From Nitrososphaerales archaeon (GTDB lineage Archaea; Thermoproteota; Nitrososphaeria; Nitrososphaerales; UBA213), in assembly GCA_965197925.1 (NCBI GenBank), contig CBDAOC010000020.1, forward strand, positions 640,001 to 704,000: a DNA stretch of 64,000 bases, given 5' to 3'. The notes beneath the pieces are model-generated. The model had not been told where the DNA came from. It ran no database searches and saw only the letters and a list, made by a program, of their open reading frames with translations. The position numbers were made by a program, and so were the translations under genes. How positions within the stretch are numbered: the stretch's first letter is position 1; the number at the start of each line of letters is the position of its first letter. This document shows, in pieces, positions 50,765 to 61,662 of the stretch.

Positions 50765-51502
50765 CTAAGACGTTGTGTACAATTTATACAAAGTTCCATT
50801 CGCAGGATCTTTAAAACTATAAACATCCGGTCCATGCTGAATTTCTGAAAATTCTTGCTTCAAGTAAGGATCTAGTAATTTGTATAAGTTCTCACCTACC
50901 ACTATTTGACCTGGAGTTGCAACTGCATTGATTTTTGAAGCTACACTTATACTAGAACCTACAATGTCTATGTAAGATCTTGCCGGATCTCTACCATATA
51001 GTACTACCAAATTCTCACCAAAATCCATACCAAGTTTAATACCGATCGTGGGAAATCCATTATTCTTGAATACAGGATTAAGACCATGAGCAACAATCTT
51101 TACCATGGAACGCGAAGAATTAACGGCATTATTGCATGCTTTCTTACAATCAAATTCTGCGGGGAAAAATGCAATGATAGCATCGCCAACATATTTCAAA
51201 ACGTATCCACCGTAGCCGGCAGTTATCATCATCATTTCTTGAGAGAAGACTTGTACTATAGATGCTAATACTTGTGTTGGAAGGGTCAAGCTCATCCTTG
51301 TAGAATCCTCAATATCAGCGTAAAGGATAGCAAGTTTTACTTTTTTGTTCACATGTCTGCGCAAAAATTTTTCTGAGAGTTCTGTAGAGGTCTCCAACTG
51401 CAAGCTTCGTTGAATAGTCTCCAAAACTCTTGTCTTTGTTTTTTCGATAATTGCCTCATCTGCCTGACCAGATAGCGTCATTGAAATCGATTGATTATTC
51501 AT
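50765..51502 (-). CDS. Class III adenylate/guanylate cyclase domain protein
   Basis: ILYADIEDST, LKYVGDA, KLGMDFG and DIVGSSISVASKI. Confidence 0.92.
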   Translation of the reverse strand: MNNQSISMTLSGQADEAIIEKTKTRVLETIQRSLQLETSTELSEKFLRRHVNKKVKLAILYADIEDSTRMSLTLPTQVLASIVQVFSQEMMMITAGYGGYVLKYVGDAIIAFFPAEFDCKKACNNAVNSSRSMVKIVAHGLNPVFKNNGFPTIGIKLGMDFGENLVVLYGRDPARSYIDIVGSSISVASKINAVATPGQIVVGENLYKLLDPYLKQEFSEIQHGPDVYSFKDPANGTLYKLYTTS

Positions 51503-51906
51503 ATATATGAGCTTTAGTTACTTCTCCAATATGATACACTTTTTAATATTCTACTTGAATTGAAAATATTATTTTACACTAGAATAGAAGGTATGGATTA
51601 TATTCTATAACACTTTGTTGTTACAATAAGGAGCTGAGATTAATGGTTTCTCAAAATCAAATACTATCTGAGAAATTATGCAAACGAAATCTGCCGGCAA
51701 CACCGATAACCTTAGTGGGAAATAGATGTGCGCATTAAGATTCAATTGTATACAAAATTGCAAAACTAGTATCATAATAAAATTTAATAAAATTATTCTC
51801 CCGACGAAATTTCTTTGAAAGTTGTGTAGCGAAACAGTTTGGCCCTCAGATAAATTACAAGAAATTATAACGATACTATTATCAACAACTAAAGGAAAAT
51901 GATGCT

Positions 51907-52348
51907 ATGTCAATGTCAGACATAATTTTCACTTGGGGTCCAAGATTTCATTTGATTCAGGCAACTGGAGAGCATCATTATTATACATCGTTTGCTCGTT
52001 ATGCCATCGATATTGATCATACACCTGATCCAGAGGAGGAAGTTCAAGCCGATAATAATACACAGATTACATTACCTACAGAACGCTTTTTGCGCAATTT
52101 TCGATTAAAAGTAGCTCCAACAGGTGTGGATGGACAACCAGGAAATACAAGTGGAAATAATACCAGTGACATTTAGAGTAAATAGTAGCGATTTGAGAAC
52201 CTTAACAATTCCTGCTGGAGGGACTGGAGAATTTAGTGTTACTCCTTTTATCTCTCCGCACATTTCTTCAGGTAGTAGCTTGAACAGTAGAATTGATACT
52301 AACTTAGAAGACGGTCAGCGGATAATTATTTCCATAATATTGTCATGA
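51907..52348 (+). pseudogene. Probably one beta-rich protein split by a frameshift near 52160
   Basis: Overlapping ORFs 51907-52176 and 52124-52348 read as a continuous domain: QITLP..LRNFRLKV | VTFRVNSSDLRTLTIPAGGTGEF. Confidence 0.45.
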
Positions 52349-52396
52349 GTTGGAAGTTTCTCTATTTTATTTCCACCTTGGTTTTTTGAGTGGGTA

Positions 52397-52795
52397 TTGT
52401 CTGAAGCACAAATGAGTAAGGAATACCATTCTTACTCCCCGGAGTGGATTAGGCTTGCAGGTTGGCTCAGATCTTCTTCATTTAGCCTATTTTCGTCCGA
52501 GGAAGGTATTACCCAAGATGCCTTATCGTCCAGTACCGATAGAAACGAAGATGTTACTACGTGGAGAGTTGGCACGTGTGAGTGTATAATGATCTCCACC
52601 GGTGAATGGACGGAATTAAAATTTTTGAAAGCCTGTAGTTATCATAAAGCTTCAGGGATGAATGAATCGAATATTCATAACGAGTATAAGAATATCAATC
52701 GAAAGTGTGTTGAGAACAAGAATCTAAGACTCGTTTTCATTAGAAAAGTCAGAAAATTCAATTCAGATAGCGAGCAAAGTAAGCATGGTGATTAA
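52397..52795 (+). CDS. Hypothetical protein with TWRVGTCEC...CSYH motif
   Basis: 132-aa ORF with a possible Cys/His metal site. Confidence 0.45.
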   Translation: MSEAQMSKEYHSYSPEWIRLAGWLRSSSFSLFSSEEGITQDALSSSTDRNEDVTTWRVGTCECIMISTGEWTELKFLKACSYHKASGMNESNIHNEYKNINRKCVENKNLRLVFIRKVRKFNSDSEQSKHGD

Positions 52796-53059
52796 ATCCA
52801 CCTCTAGTAGGATCTATATTTTTAAGCTATTTCTAGAAGGGAATGACCTTGGTGGTTGGAATATACAAAACGAAATTTTTAGAACTAAGACACTAATTCA
52901 TGGCTAAGAAATGCATGTATTGATCTTCACTGGTGAGGTATCTAAATTTCAATTTACTAAGATTAGCCAATCAAAATTCTTCAAATTAGAAAATTACCAC
53001 GAGCTAAATCAGAATCTATCATAATTGTAAATTAAACTCGACAAAGAATATGTAAATAA

Positions 53060-53417
53060 TTACCAGAATGCGCTTTTGCCCATCTCATCATTTGGTATAA
53101 TTTCAACTTCTAAAGAATCCACACCAAAAATTGTTTTCACGGCCTTAACCTTACTTCTATAAAGATAGTATCGTTTTCCATTTTCATTTATTATTGAACC
53201 CATTATCTTTATGAGTCCGTTTTCCTCCAAATCGTGTATCCTTCTATAGGCTGTACTCATAGGTATACTACATTGCACATATCTCAATAACAGATTTTGG
53301 TTTATCCATCAAGAAGGTAAGAATGATTCTAGAATATTCGTCTGCAAGTGCTTGTAGAACAGCATTTTTGAATTTTTGATCATTTACGTTTCCTTGCAAT
53401 ATTTGTGATGCCTGCTA
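53060..53417 (-). pseudogene. ArsR-like winged-helix regulator, frameshifted
   Basis: AVLQALADEYSRIILTFLMDKPKSVIEIC | QCSIPMSTAYRRIHDLEENGLI...GKRYYLYRSK, with a shift near 53278. Confidence 0.8.
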
Positions 53418-53466
53418 CGCTTTAATATTCTTTCAAACGACTCATCTTTTAAGTAATAATTATCAC

Positions 53467-54433
53467 AGCTCTGTAAAAACCATACCATAAATACAGTCAA
53501 TCTATGCATGTAGGCTACACTCTGAACATCACTTCCCTTTTCTGAATCTTCACCAGTCTTGATGCTATATGCTCACCTAACATTCTCTTTACCCCAGACA
53601 GTATCGTCTTATTCTTGTTTCTTTGATGGTATGGAGGTGTATAGAATCTCCTCTTCATTTGCTTCCAATATCTTCCATGCGTTCTCCATACTGGAACATC
53701 TTCATATCTAGCTGGTATGATACTAACAATATCAAGTTCTTTTTGTAAATATTCATGATTTGTTTCACTATCATAGCTCTTGTCTGCTACAACGATAGAG
53801 TGGTATCATGTTAGATGTTCTTTCCATAATGGGGTTGAAATCTATAGTATCTTGTGTAGGTGCCCTTCACATCTTCAATGAATATGCTATTTACTCTCCC
53901 ACTTCAGCACCTATCGATAGCTTGATGTACTTCTTCCTTATTTCTGTTCTATCCGTATAGAATGACGATGCATTGCTCGACCTTAATCCAAAAGCATCTA
54001 TTCCTACCAACAATTTCCTTATCTTGGTGAAAAGTATGAATGAAGAAATTATTCTGTATGGTATGTTGCCATCTATCCTTGCAGCAAATTTCTGAAGGGT
54101 TGTATAATGTGGGACTAATTGTAGATACATTCTAAGTGTGGATACACTCTAAGATAGAATCCTTCACGAAGTAATTCTATAATCCCTCTGTAGCTCTTCC
54201 TTTCATACCGTCTTAGCACTAGATGGATAAGGTGTTGCCATACAGTATGCATATGGTTGATCATCATGTGCATGTAGAGCAATACTCTAGCCCTTATCAA
54301 GACATTAAGTATTGTTTTTGAAAGTTTGACGTATCTAGACTCCCATACATGGACATGATAGGTATCCAACAGATTGATCTCACGGTGCAATTCTATATAC
54401 AATAAGCTACAATCTATGGTTTCTACAGGAGCC
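53467..54433 (-). mobile_element. Full-length degenerate IS (group 4, IS5-like DDE)
   Basis: TIRs AGCTCTGTAAAAACC / GGTTTCTACAGGAGCC. Fragments HTVWQHL, PHYTTLQKFAARI, VGIDAFG, VADKSYDSE. Confidence 0.88.
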
Positions 54434-54774
54434 GAAAAACTTGTAGATGACATGAACCCATATTGGATTCCCAGAGAAGCGCCAGAACCTTGTTGTGCGG
54501 AAACGAAAAACTTTACCGATAATTTAGAAGGTTTACTAATACCAACACTGAAACATGGGTCAATACAAGATATAGAAAAAACCCGAGACTTTATGTGGAC
54601 TATTGGTTTTATATTATTATATGATTTTAGGAACACTAATCTAAATGATCTAAACGAATAATTACAACAATATCTACAATACAAAAACCGGTAGTTGAAA
54701 CAAAGTAAAAAGTACCAAAAGAAGAAATGCAAAAATATAGTCCCATCTATATTGCTATATAGGTTGATAGAATA

Positions 54775-55407
54775 ATGTTAGCTGGCCTTGATGAGGCGGG
54801 AAGAGGATCGGTCTTGGGACCTCTTGTTATAGCAGGAGTTCTTGTTGATAGATCTGCATTACGGCATCTCAAAAGAATGGGGGTGAAGGACTCGAAACTT
54901 CTGTCGAGGGTAAAGCGCAACGTGCTATATTCACAGATTAAGAATATTGTAGAGGATTATAGCATTGTTGTGATTAAACCATCCTCAATTGATCTGTATG
55001 TTCGGAGAGGGGAGCTGAATATCCTTGAGGCGAAGTTTATGAATACTATAATAAAGCGACTTGAACCAACAACTGCGTTTGTAGATGCATGTAGTGACCC
55101 GCGTCATTTTAGGGGTCTGATGAAAGGCATGATACATTACAATTGCAGGATAAATGCAATAAACCATGGAGAGAGGCATGTGGCAGTTGCGGCTGCTTCA
55201 GTGCTAGCAAAGGTCAAGCGCGATAGTGAAATTGAGAAGATTAGAATGGAGTATGGAGACATAGGCAGCGGATACCCCTCTGACGAGAAAACTTTGGAAT
55301 ACCTTAGCAAATGGATAAATGTGTATAGAAAGGTGCCAAATTTTGCCAGAAGTTCATGGAAGCCCGTGAGAAAAATGGTGAATGGACATATGCAAATGAA
55401 ATCTTAG
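54775..55407 (+). CDS. rnhB: Ribonuclease HII
   Basis: GLDEAGRGSVLGPLV, VKDSKLL, VAAASVLAKVKRD and GSGYPSD. Confidence 0.97.
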   Translation: MLAGLDEAGRGSVLGPLVIAGVLVDRSALRHLKRMGVKDSKLLSRVKRNVLYSQIKNIVEDYSIVVIKPSSIDLYVRRGELNILEAKFMNTIIKRLEPTTAFVDACSDPRHFRGLMKGMIHYNCRINAINHGERHVAVAAASVLAKVKRDSEIEKIRMEYGDIGSGYPSDEKTLEYLSKWINVYRKVPNFARSSWKPVRKMVNGHMQMKS

Positions 55408-55409
55408 GA

Positions 55410-56087
55410 TTATAAATGATATTGAGTAGATACTATGGCATGATCCTTGTCGAAAGGTTGCAGGTTGATAACCTGCTTTACATCAAAACTCTTTGCCTCT
55501 AGCTTTGCGACTTCTCCGTTAACTACGTCTTTTGGTTCTTTCGTAACATCTATACTTCTAGCTTTAATAACTAGCATAAAATAACCACCATTCTTCAGAT
55601 AGGTATAACAATTTGTTATTCCTATGTCAGTCTGATCGGGCTGAGCAATATCGCAATATACCACATCTACCTTACCTGTAAGAGAAAAATATGCGTGGGG
55701 TTTCCTAGCGTCCTCAACTATAGGTATGATGTTCTGTCGGTAAGTAGCAACTCTGGTAATTAGTTCTCTAGCAACTCTAGACGCAGATTCTACACAATAT
55801 ACCAAACCCCTAGAACCTACAATATCGGATACATGACTTGCCGTTGTCCCAGTAGAAGCTCCAAGATAGAGAACCTTACTTCCATATCTTATTGGAAGAA
55901 ATTTTAGACCCTTTATCATCGCACCTGCAAGTTTACTCCTAAAGGGATCCCAGATACGAAATTCAACTCCTTTGATCTTGATCAAACGCTCACCGTAAAC
56001 AGTAACACCCCTAGCAAGATTTTCAGTGCAGATTTTTCTTTCACCGCGTATATCTACCCAAATTATACTATCTTCTTCTCTTGCCAA
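55410..56087 (-). CDS. flpA: Fibrillarin-like rRNA/tRNA 2'-O-methyltransferase
   Basis: [33 protein letters not shown] and PFDKDH. Likely TTG start at 56087. Confidence 0.96.
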   Translation of the reverse strand: MAREEDSIIWVDIRGERKICTENLARGVTVYGERLIKIKGVEFRIWDPFRSKLAGAMIKGLKFLPIRYGSKVLYLGASTGTTASHVSDIVGSRGLVYCVESASRVARELITRVATYRQNIIPIVEDARKPHAYFSLTGKVDVVYCDIAQPDQTDIGITNCYTYLKNGGYFMLVIKARSIDVTKEPKDVVNGEVAKLEAKSFDVKQVINLQPFDKDHAIVSTQYHL

Positions 56088-57324
56088 ACTTCCTTCTCCT
56101 TTCCTTTTTGAACTTCCTCCTTTCGTTTCCCCTTTTCTTTGTCTTCTCGAACTTATGCCTAGGTTTCTCTTCATACTCTTTTCGTTCAACAGGTTCCTTG
56201 TACTTCTTCCTTATCTCCTCCAGGCGTTCGTTGAGCTTGTCAATTAGCGTTGAATCCTTGATTCCTTTGTACACATCTATACGAGACCCAATGGCAACCT
56301 TAGAAGCAATAACTCTAGCTATCTTGCCCCTCTGCCATTCGGGTGCAGAATGTATCAAAGGGTGCTGAAATATAATGCCATGTTTTGGAGGTCTGCTACC
56401 AGTCTTTAATGCTCTGAACAAAGCCTTTTCTGCTCCTATCACCTGTACTGTGCTTGAAGCCTTGCAAGAGAGTCTTTCCAAGCCACCAGTCTTTGCAATC
56501 ATCCTAGCACCAATGGTTGCGCCGAGAATTTCTTTTACATTAGGAGCGACTATCTCCATTTCATTTTCAAGATGTGAAGTTAGATCATTACGTATGGAGT
56601 TAAGGTTCTTAATCTCGAACGCTAGTTTCTCTACTGCCATAAGGTTCTCTGAGGTGATTGCTCCACCGTTACTGGATTTTGCAAGGCTTAACATCTCTTT
56701 GGCTTTATCTTCCAACATCCCTGTTTCCTCCAAAGAATCTTCATTGAGGGAATCCCTTGAACCGATTTGAACTATATCGCAGTAAGTGGACAAATTTGGT
56801 GTCATGGCCTCAAGTTCAGGGAAGTGTAAGCCATACCATTCACGAAGTCTAGAACCCATTAGATTAATTATCTTATCAAGCTCATCCAATGCATTGATGG
56901 ACTGGATTATATGAGAATCGCGTTTCGCAGAGATCTCACCTACCTTTATTGATGATAGATCCATGGCAAATCTCCTTAGAATACCTAAGGCCTCAAATTC
57001 GTTTGGCGCAAACCTTGCTTTTACCATTAATTTGACCTTTTGTTCCTGTATTTCCATTTGCTTGTCACTATCAATCATAGAAGCTTCGATGCCTTTTTCT
57101 GATAATATACTGACAAGACCTTGATCGTTTGAGAGTATAGAGTCATATTGGTCCTTACTGAATATCTCTAAAAAACTGGACAAGTGATAAGGCGTGATAC
57201 CATTTTTTATTTCTCTGTATGTCTTTACCAGTTCAGTATCGAATCCGGAGGATTGAATAACATTGCCTTGATCGTCGATGGCAACTATACCTGCTTCAAG
57301 TAAAAGCAAAGTGCATTTTGACAT
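56068..57324 (-). CDS. nop5: Nop5/Nop56 C/D RNP protein
   Basis: [31 protein letters not shown] and RGKIAR. Confidence 0.96.
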   Translation of the reverse strand: MSKCTLLLLEAGIVAIDDQGNVIQSSGFDTELVKTYREIKNGITPYHLSSFLEIFSKDQYDSILSNDQGLVSILSEKGIEASMIDSDKQMEIQEQKVKLMVKARFAPNEFEALGILRRFAMDLSSIKVGEISAKRDSHIIQSINALDELDKIINLMGSRLREWYGLHFPELEAMTPNLSTYCDIVQIGSRDSLNEDSLEETGMLEDKAKEMLSLAKSSNGGAITSENLMAVEKLAFEIKNLNSIRNDLTSHLENEMEIVAPNVKEILGATIGARMIAKTGGLERLSCKASSTVQVIGAEKALFRALKTGSRPPKHGIIFQHPLIHSAPEWQRGKIARVIASKVAIGSRIDVYKGIKDSTLIDKLNERLEEIRKKYKEPVERKEYEEKPRHKFEKTKKRGNERRKFKKERRRKFGKRRR

Positions 57325-57495
57325 TGTAACAAATGTAGTACATAGCTCTTAAAAAAGCTAGTATTGGATTTCTATTATGATGGGAGGTGCTTCGTTAAGC
57401 TTACTGGAACGGCCAAAAAAAGACTGGTCCAAGAGGATTGCATCCTAATTATCTGAAAAGCGGATTAGCTATAAACATTATATTATGATATTCAC

Positions 57496-58422
57496 TTGGT
57501 GTACGTATTGAAAAATAAGATTGATCTCACCGTAAATATTGGTGAATTGCGTATAAGGAACCCTACAATGCTCGCTTCAGGCATCCTTGGCATATCCTAT
57601 GAGGTGTTCATGCGGATTCACGAAGCGAATGCAGGTGCCATTGTATCAAAATCGATAAGTGTTGAGCCCAGAGAAGGTTATAAAAATCCAACCATAATGT
57701 CAGTGGAATGTGGGTATCTTAATGCAGTGGGTTTATCAAATCCAGGTATGGATGCGTTTGCAAAGGAGATAGAGAACAACAGCTCTATACCGATTATAGT
57801 GAACCTTGTAGGGTCCACTGAGGAAGAATTCGTATCTATGGTAAAAAAATTCGATAGTCTAAATGTGATCTCTTATGAATTGAATTTATCATGCCCTCAT
57901 GTAGAAAAGGTTGGTTTGGAAGTTGGAGACGATCCTGAACTTGTATATAAAGTTGTCAAAGGCATGAAATCAAATACAAATAAACCTGTGATAGTGAAGG
58001 TTGGACTCGGTGCAACTGACATACTTGAAACTGCGAAGGTGTCTAAAGAAGCTGGAGCCGATGCAATAACTGCGATAAATACAATACGTGCGATGAGTAT
58101 CGATATCGAGACCCAGATGCCTTTTTTAAGTAATGGTATTGGGGGGTTGTCTGGTAAGGGCATAAAGCCTATTGCGATCAGATGTGTTTACGAAATTTCG
58201 AAGAACCTTGATATGCCGGTTATAGGGTGCGGTGGAGTGTATACATGGGAAGATGCAGTTGAATTCATGTTAGCTGGTGCAAGTGCAGTGCAAATGGGGA
58301 GTGTAATAGGAGATAGGTGGTTAGACGCATTCCCGAACATAATACGTGGTATCGGCTCATATCTTGAAAAGAAGGGAATGACTAGTGTCATGGAGTTGGT
58401 TGGGCTTGCACACAAATATTAA
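57496..58422 (+). CDS. pyrD: Dihydroorotate dehydrogenase 1B catalytic subunit
   Basis: NPTMLASG, NAVGLSNPG, ELNLSCPH and GGLSG. Confidence 0.96.
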   Translation: MVYVLKNKIDLTVNIGELRIRNPTMLASGILGISYEVFMRIHEANAGAIVSKSISVEPREGYKNPTIMSVECGYLNAVGLSNPGMDAFAKEIENNSSIPIIVNLVGSTEEEFVSMVKKFDSLNVISYELNLSCPHVEKVGLEVGDDPELVYKVVKGMKSNTNKPVIVKVGLGATDILETAKVSKEAGADAITAINTIRAMSIDIETQMPFLSNGIGGLSGKGIKPIAIRCVYEISKNLDMPVIGCGGVYTWEDAVEFMLAGASAVQMGSVIGDRWLDAFPNIIRGIGSYLEKKGMTSVMELVGLAHKY

Positions 58423-58426
58423 TAAA

Positions 58427-59233
58427 ATGAGATTCATCAAAGTGGAAGAAGTTATTGAGGAAAGTCCTACTGTTCGTACTCTAATCTATAAAGATAAACT
58501 CTGCGAATCCGCAAAATCTGGACAGTTTTCCATGGTATGGATACCTGGAATCGATGAAATTCCTATAAGTGTGATGGTATCTGAAAAAAATGGTTATGCA
58601 GGAATAACCATCAGGAAACATGGTTATTCGTCAACGGCCCTTTACAACACGCCTGTTGGTGGTGAGTTAGGTGTAAGAGGACCATATGGTAATTCTTTTG
58701 ACATTTTGAATGGAAATTTGTTACTGGTTGGAGGTGGTACAGGATTGGTTCCGATACTGCGTTTATCAAGAGAGATTGGGAGAAAGAAGAATGAGAAAAA
58801 CAAGGTTTTTTTGGTCATAGGTGCAAGAACAAAGGATGAAGTAATCTTCGAAAAGCTTGCGAAACAGGTACTGAAAAAAGTGAAAAACAAGGTTATAATT
58901 TCTACGGAGGATGGAAGTTATGGTTCTGAAGGTCTTGCTACAGATGCTGCGGCAAGAGTTATGAAACATGCGGGGTTAGATATGATATATACCTGTGGGC
59001 CGGAAAGGATGATGAAGAAGATTCTCGAATTGGCAACATCATATAAAATACCTGCCCAAGGAAGTCTTGAGAGACTTATGAAGTGTGGGATAGGAATATG
59101 CGGTAGTTGCTGCATCGGAAAGTACCTTATTTGCAAGGATGGTCCTGTCTTGGACGGTAGAACTTTGCTCAAACTGCCTGAATTCGGTTTTCATGCAAGA
59201 GACAAGTCTGGTAGAACAAATATAATGTGGTAA
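58427..59233 (+). CDS. pyrK: Dihydroorotate dehydrogenase electron transfer subunit
   Basis: RGPYG, GGGTG, CGPE and ERLMKCGIGICGSC...CKDGPV. Confidence 0.95.
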   Translation: MRFIKVEEVIEESPTVRTLIYKDKLCESAKSGQFSMVWIPGIDEIPISVMVSEKNGYAGITIRKHGYSSTALYNTPVGGELGVRGPYGNSFDILNGNLLLVGGGTGLVPILRLSREIGRKKNEKNKVFLVIGARTKDEVIFEKLAKQVLKKVKNKVIISTEDGSYGSEGLATDAAARVMKHAGLDMIYTCGPERMMKKILELATSYKIPAQGSLERLMKCGIGICGSCCIGKYLICKDGPVLDGRTLLKLPEFGFHARDKSGRTNIMW

Positions 59234-59295
59234 AGAAGTCGCTAGCGACGCTTCAGAAGTTTTATATCATAGCTTAGCGATTCGGCTTAAGTAAC

Positions 59296-61020
59296 GTGGG
59301 CTATCCTAAAGTAGTTTTAACAGCAGATAGAACTCTAATGTCTCCCTATAGAGGTATCTCTCTAGGTTCATTCTTTGGCTGCGCTCCAGCTATAGATAAT
59401 AAACGTGATTCTGGTTTCTGGTATTGGATTCTTAGGAATCAGGTTACTCCGAAGATACTCTTCGATTTTATCTGCAACCCAATAGGTAATAATATGGGAG
59501 TAGCGTCGTACGCTCCATACGGTCTTAGAAAGATAGAGGCCGGTTTGATCAGAGATGGGTATAGAAAAGAAGATGTTATAATAGCCCATCCTGATCATGT
59601 TGACAAATTCATAGGCCCAGAAACGCAAGTGGTTGGAACTTATGAAATGGATCCGTTGGGAATGGGTCCCGTTACTATGACGTTTACTCGAGGGAGAAGG
59701 CAGACTTCGTATGATGAATACTATTGTTCCCAGTTGCATAAGAAGATAAATGAAGCGAAGGCAAGAACGGGAAGCAAGGCAAAGGTAATAGCAGGTGCAT
59801 CTGGTACATGGCAGTACAACTACGATCCAAAAAAAATTGAAGAGTATGGTCTTTATGCAGTAGTGGAAGGAGATATGGGTGGTATTGCTCCTGAATTGGA
59901 TGGTGTAGCCGGGAGGTTTTTTGACAGTGTAATAAATGGAGAACTGGATGAGGCAAATCCGTTTAAGAAGAGCGAATTTAAGGTGGAGATAAAGGAGTTT
60001 AATGGTAATGGAAATGGTAGGAAGCATTATGGCAGATTCGTTCATTATCAGAATGAGCCCCAAATTGACGAAATTCCGAACATAATTGGACCCAGCATGC
60101 ATGGAATGGTAGAGGTTATGCGAGGATGTGGGCGTGGATGCAAGTTCTGTGATGTTACATTAAGACCTTTACGATATTATCCTGTCGAAAAGGTGCAACA
60201 GGAGATCATGGTGAACATGAAGGCTGGTCATAGAAATGCATGGATTCAAAGTGATGATATTTTCGTTTATGGCCTTAACCCTAGAACTACAAAGAATATG
60301 GAACCCAACAGGGATGCGTTGATAGAATTGTTCCGTGGAATAATGGATGCTGGTGTTGAGCATACAAATCCAACCCATGGGACTCTTGCAGGTGCAATTG
60401 CAGACGATGAACTCATTCCAAGGTTATCAGAAATCATCAAGGCTGGTCCTAGCAATCACATAGGTATACAGTGTGGTTTCGAGACTGGTAGCATCAGGCT
60501 TATAGGAAAATATGCAGATAGAAAACTTGCGCCATACAAACCCGAAGAGTGGCATTGGGTCGTTAAGACTGCTGTCGAAGTATTGAATAGACACTATTGG
60601 GTACCTGCTTTTACGCTTATTCTTGGTTTAGACAATGACGAACAAGAAGAGGATAGTTGGGAGACCGTTAGGTTGATCAACGAATTGGAAAGGGAACAAC
60701 CCGATTCAATGTTTACTGTAACTCCTTTGACATTCGTTCCAATTGGGTTGCTTGACAAATCATCTTTTTATGATATAGGAAGCTCGATGGATCCCGGTAA
60801 GCTTGCAGTGATGTATAAAACATGGCAACACAATTTCAAATATGGTATAACTAAATTCATGCATAAAGTAGGACAGAACGACCCCTTGCGAAGATACTTC
60901 TTTACAGGACTAGCAAGAACGTTGGGCGCGGTTCCATTAAGAGGGATGGAGAGTTATGCTAGAAAAAAGGGAGCCGCCCATGAAAAGGCTATAGAGAGTG
61001 TGAAGGCAAAGTATTGGTGA
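59296..61020 (+). CDS. Radical SAM protein (B12-binding-like N-terminus)
   Basis: APYGLRKIEAGL, MDPLGMGP, EVMRGCGRGCKFC and GFETGS. Confidence 0.9.
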   Translation: MGYPKVVLTADRTLMSPYRGISLGSFFGCAPAIDNKRDSGFWYWILRNQVTPKILFDFICNPIGNNMGVASYAPYGLRKIEAGLIRDGYRKEDVIIAHPDHVDKFIGPETQVVGTYEMDPLGMGPVTMTFTRGRRQTSYDEYYCSQLHKKINEAKARTGSKAKVIAGASGTWQYNYDPKKIEEYGLYAVVEGDMGGIAPELDGVAGRFFDSVINGELDEANPFKKSEFKVEIKEFNGNGNGRKHYGRFVHYQNEPQIDEIPNIIGPSMHGMVEVMRGCGRGCKFCDVTLRPLRYYPVEKVQQEIMVNMKAGHRNAWIQSDDIFVYGLNPRTTKNMEPNRDALIELFRGIMDAGVEHTNPTHGTLAGAIADDELIPRLSEIIKAGPSNHIGIQCGFETGSIRLIGKYADRKLAPYKPEEWHWVVKTAVEVLNRHYWVPAFTLILGLDNDEQEEDSWETVRLINELEREQPDSMFTVTPLTFVPIGLLDKSSFYDIGSSMDPGKLAVMYKTWQHNFKYGITKFMHKVGQNDPLRRYFFTGLARTLGAVPLRGMESYARKKGAAHEKAIESVKAKYW

Positions 61021-61482
61021 AGGTTGAAAATACTGCATAATTTGGCAGAACAGTAGTATGTTTTGGCATAGTGGGTTTAGTGAATCTAAATTGCATTTCT
61101 TATGCTTATTTTGTATTGCTCTGAATTCCTTATGGTTAACCAGTTAAAATATCTTGTTTTTCAACATAATAATTTACAGCTAGGGAATGTCCGAAAAAAT
61201 ATCTAGTTAAGAACCTAATTGCTATTCGTTGACTGAATAATAGAACAACTATCTTTAGTGAATTTGATTTTGTTATCTTCCTTATTGGTTCAATTGCAAA
61301 AATGTTGAATAAGAGTGTTGCAATAAGCTTGGTGAATTTGTCCTTGTATCCGATCAACATTCTAACAATGGTATATTTCTAGTACTTTCCCCGAAAAGCA
61401 TCTGCATAATATCATATTTTATTCGTAAAAATATGTATGAAAAGAGGAAAAAATATATGTTGTACATAAGTTATGTTAAGAC

Positions 61483-61656
61483 ATGCCAACGCATGGATCC
61501 TTAACTAAGGCGGGAAAGGTTAGAAGCCAGACACCGAAACTTCAGCATACGGAAAGAACTAGCCATAATCCCAAGATCAATAACAGACTCAATTTCAGGA
61601 AACGATTTGAATTAAAGAGAAAGCCTGGACAGAAATGGGCAAGCACGAGGAGATAA
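61483..61656 (+). CDS. rps30e: 30S ribosomal protein S30e
   Basis: MPTHGSLTKAGKVRSQTPK... (57 aa). Below the ORF-track cutoff. Confidence 0.96.
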   Translation: MPTHGSLTKAGKVRSQTPKLQHTERTSHNPKINNRLNFRKRFELKRKPGQKWASTRR

Positions 61657-61662
61657 TGTCAC

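Noticed and set aside
54115..54732. 205-aa minus-strand ORF and 95-aa plus-strand ORF
   Set aside because: Chimeric read-throughs across the IS end at 54433.
57375..57460. Possible C/D-box sRNA or riboswitch between nop5 and pyrD (ATGATG...CTGA)
   Set aside because: The C box is imperfect, there are no clear C'/D' boxes or rRNA guide match, and no riboswitch consensus is recognisable.
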